Shown piece by piece: positions 60,950 to 64,000 of a stretch of DNA of 64,000 bases. This DNA is from Coniocarpon cinnabarinum (lineage: Eukaryota): positions 1 through 64,000 of the forward strand of contig JAVECO010000026.1 in assembly GCA_051942205.1 (NCBI GenBank), in the 5' to 3' direction. The notes under the pieces are model-generated. The model did no database searches, had not been told where the DNA came from, and saw only the letters and a program-made list of their open reading frames with translations. Position numbers and translations under genes: made by a program. The stretch's first letter is position 1. Each line of letters starts with the position of its first letter.

Positions 60950-61178
60950 AAACATTGTTGAGAAGAGCTCTGCTTTCCTCCATATTCGCTACCTCTACAC
61001 TGACCTGTTGCTGGCCTTTGTTGGTGATGAAACAACTTTCACTATTGCCAGTATCAATGAGCTGGCACAAGCGGCCCAGTCATAGCCGCTGTAACCACAG
61101 CATAGCGAGAGATGCTCACTTTGCATCCAGATTTCAGTGTCAATCAAGTCCCTTAAGAGGTCTTGCGTGTTGTCAAGG

Positions 61179-62090
61179 CATGTCCAGATGGCCCTGTCGT
61201 TGCACATGCTGCCACTCCAACTTACAACCGCCGATACCGCTCAAAGAAGAGTAACGGAGCTATCTTAGCGAACAACGGGAGCTCTCAGAAGTTGCTCTTA
61301 GCTCGCCAGGGACGGTTGCTCTTCTTCATACTGTGTGATAGCGCGCGACTCCTTATACTCCGACTCGAACGCATATACGTCACTCGGCCGGACATGCGAG
61401 GATCCTCTCATCAATGGAGGCTATCAGGGCTGTCATTGCCGAGTCACCCTACCTACTGGAAATGTTGGCTGGTGTCATCCATGTCAAGCCAGGCTCCAGT
61501 GCTATAATTTGCGGCCCTCGATTGACGAGATTCCCGAGCGAGGCGGGAGCGAGGCAGGAGAGAGCGCGAGCTTGTACGGTTGGTACTTTTGCAAGCGGAA
61601 GGGGGCAAGTACGCGCCGTGAGGGGCCTCGCAAAGGCCATCCGATTCTTCTTCTCACTCCGCTACCAGGAAGAGGAGACTGTTTATATAATCATGTACAA
61701 TACATGGACAGAGCGCTATTGTTCAGCGTTCAGGACCTGTACAATTGCCTGTCCGAGTTGGTGCTCAGGGTTTCGACCAACTTCAGGGCACATAGGGGCT
61801 TTCAACCCCGCGGGCCTCAGGCTGACCCCGTGTTGATCGCTAACTTGACCTCCGACTGCCCCTACCGTAGGGGCCTTGGTGTCCCCTACGCGGATACTAG
61901 CACCATGAATGCCCTCTGCCAAACCATTTCAACCTGGCTGCGGGTTAGTCTTCAGAGCCAATTTGACGAGTCTCTCCTCGTCTTCTGCGTATTCAGACGC
62001 CAGCGGCGTCACAACCGCGCCCCTTTGCATGTGGGAAACCGCATCCTAAGCACTGAATTCAAGGTGAACGGGCTGTCCCATGTCGAGTAA
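61179..62090 (+). CDS. Possible Cys-rich hypothetical protein immediately upstream of mccA
   Basis: 251-codon open frame (61335-62090). A candidate first exon MSRWPCRCTCCH...EE splices in frame via GTAACG...CCAG. No family recognised. Confidence 0.35.
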
Positions 62091-62105
62091 CATCGTCAGG
62101 ACAGT

Positions 62106-64000
62106 ATGAAGCAAGGGCTACGCAGAATAAGAAATGCACCAAGTCGTAGCTTGCCCAACTATATATCGCGTGGCAATGCAACACTCAGCGCCACGGCAAC
62201 CACGCCTATCAAGTCCATTCTCATCGCCAATCGAGGCGAGATTGCTGTGTATGTCGTCTTCCCCAAGGCTCGATCCAGCCCCGCACGCCATTTTCCAGGA
62301 GACACTTCCAAATGTCACATTGTCGATTGACTGACTGGTACATGTGTAAGGCGTGTCAGCAAAACAGCGTCTGATCATGGCATTCGAACAACTTCCATCT
62401 TCACCAACCCAGACGCCGCATCTGAGCATGTCCTTTCCTCGCCCTTCACTATCAATCTTGGCGACGCCTCATCTTATCTCGACGGCGAGAAGATAATCAA
62501 TGCTGCCAAAAGTCAAGGCTGCGATTCGATCCATCCGGGGTATGGCTTTGTACGTCTCTTTCGCACTTCTGAGCGTAGTTCAATGCCGATGTTTTTGCCG
62601 TCTCGAGGCGATTTGAGAGACACAATTGTCCCAACCATAGCTAATTTTTGTGCAGCTGAGCGAGAATGCATTGTTTGCACGAAGATGCGCAGAGGCTGGG
62701 CTAAACTTCATTGGCCCCTCATGGCAAGCTATAGAGGCCATGGGCCACAAGAGGTTAATCTGCCTATTGATGTCTCTTGTGCTGCCACACTGACGGTCGC
62801 AGTCGTTCCAAGGAGATTATGCAGGCCGCACATGTGCCTTGTACACCCGGCTATCATGGGTCAATTCAAGATCCATCACATCTTGCAGAACAAGCCGAGA
62901 AGATAGGCTATCCAGTCTTGCTAAAGGCCGTCCATGGTGGAGGAGGAAAGGGGATGCGCATTGCACATCAAGCGGAGGACTTCCTGAGTCAACTCGAGTC
63001 CGCCAAATCTGAAGCTCGAAATTCGTTTGGCGATGATACTATGTTGGTGGAGAAGTACATCACACGTCCACGGCATGTGGAAGTGCAGATATTCGGAGAC
63101 AAGCACGGAACCGTCGTCGCGCTGGGTGAGCGAGACTGCAGCATACAAAGACGGCATCAGAAGATCATTGAGGAGTCGCCAGCTCCTGGCCTGTCTGACG
63201 CCCAACGCGAAGACTTGTGGAGCAAGGCTATCGAAGCGGGCAAGGCCGTCAACTATGTGGGTGCGGGAACTGTCGAGTTCATCCTCGACTCGGACGTTGG
63301 TGACTTCTACTTCATGGAAATGAACACTCGCCTTCAAGTGGAGCACCCGGTCACGGAGATGTGCACAGGTCTTGATCTGGTAGAATGGCAGATACGAGTC
63401 GCCCGAGGCGAGCCAATCCCCTTGACGCAAGCCCAAATCGAAGCTCGTATTGCTGAACGAGGACATGCTGTCGAGGCTCGCATTTACGCCGAGGATCCTG
63501 AGATGGACTTTCTCCCAACTGCAGGAACATTGACACATCTCAAGCTACCCTTGGAATCAGACGGCTCTGTTCGAATCGACACAGCGATCAAGGAAGCGCC
63601 AACTACAATATCGAGCCATTACGATCCGATGATTAGCAAGCTCATTGTTTCCGGCCCGGATCGCGAGACTGCGCTGAGGAAGATGCAGCATGCGCTAGAG
63701 CGATATGAAGTTGCAGGGCTAACAACAAATGTGGAGTTTCTCAAACAATTGTGCCTCAATCCCAGCTTTGCGGTAGGTACACCAGATCTGGACACTGGAT
63801 TTATTGGGAAGCATCACACTGAGCTCTTCTCACCCAGACAAGTGCCGCCTGAAGTGTGGGTTCAAGCTGCGCTTGCACTTCAACTCCGGGAGTGTAGTAC
63901 TTCAAACTCATCGGCCAATGAAGTGTTCGGCTTCGGTGAAGCAAGAATTGGCTCCAATGCTTATGATACGCGCTTCATTGAGCTTGCCATCGCTCCCAAA
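62106..64000 (+). CDS. mccA: 3-methylcrotonyl-CoA carboxylase alpha (biotin carboxylase) subunit, truncated by the window end
   Basis: [79 protein letters not shown]. Linked to ivdA and mccB. Confidence 0.93.

Noticed and set aside
1..64000. tRNA, rRNA, snRNA, TPP riboswitch or CRISPR array
   Set aside because: No recognisable signatures on manual reading. A covariance-model search would be needed to exclude them fully.

Overview
Genomic DNA from a filamentous ascomycete (Pezizomycotina-type GT-AG introns with CTRAC branch sites, and a RIP-mutated repeat block). Bases 1 to about 6880 are an AT-rich graveyard of nested transposon relics depleted of CpA/TpG. It holds three copies of one ~530-550 bp LTR, a second LTR family with a solo LTR that keeps a 5-bp TSD, a gag-like remnant and a possible pogo-type end. 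Next to it (7.2-17.6 kb) is a compact five-gene group with no PKS, NRPS or terpene synthase core: a DHA1 MFS transporter, a PAQR/IZH membrane protein, a divergent FAD2-like desaturase, a cytochrome P450 transcribed head-to-head with it, and a DUF829 alpha/beta-hydrolase. This is my best candidate for an undescribed system, a putative unusual-fatty-acid/oxylipin cluster. Next come a GH5 mannanase, a GDSL esterase, a large hypothetical protein, an EasG-like NmrA protein, an S28 peptidase, a diflavin-type reductase without a flavodoxin domain (CCGGGCC motif), a large low-complexity protein and an isochorismatase. A loosened leucine-catabolism cluster (ivdA, mccB, mccA) follows, interleaved with catalase, a Cti6-like PHD protein, a PTH11-like membrane protein, a DUF3431 protein and hypotheticals. 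Gene boundaries were assembled by hand from splice signals. No database searches were run.
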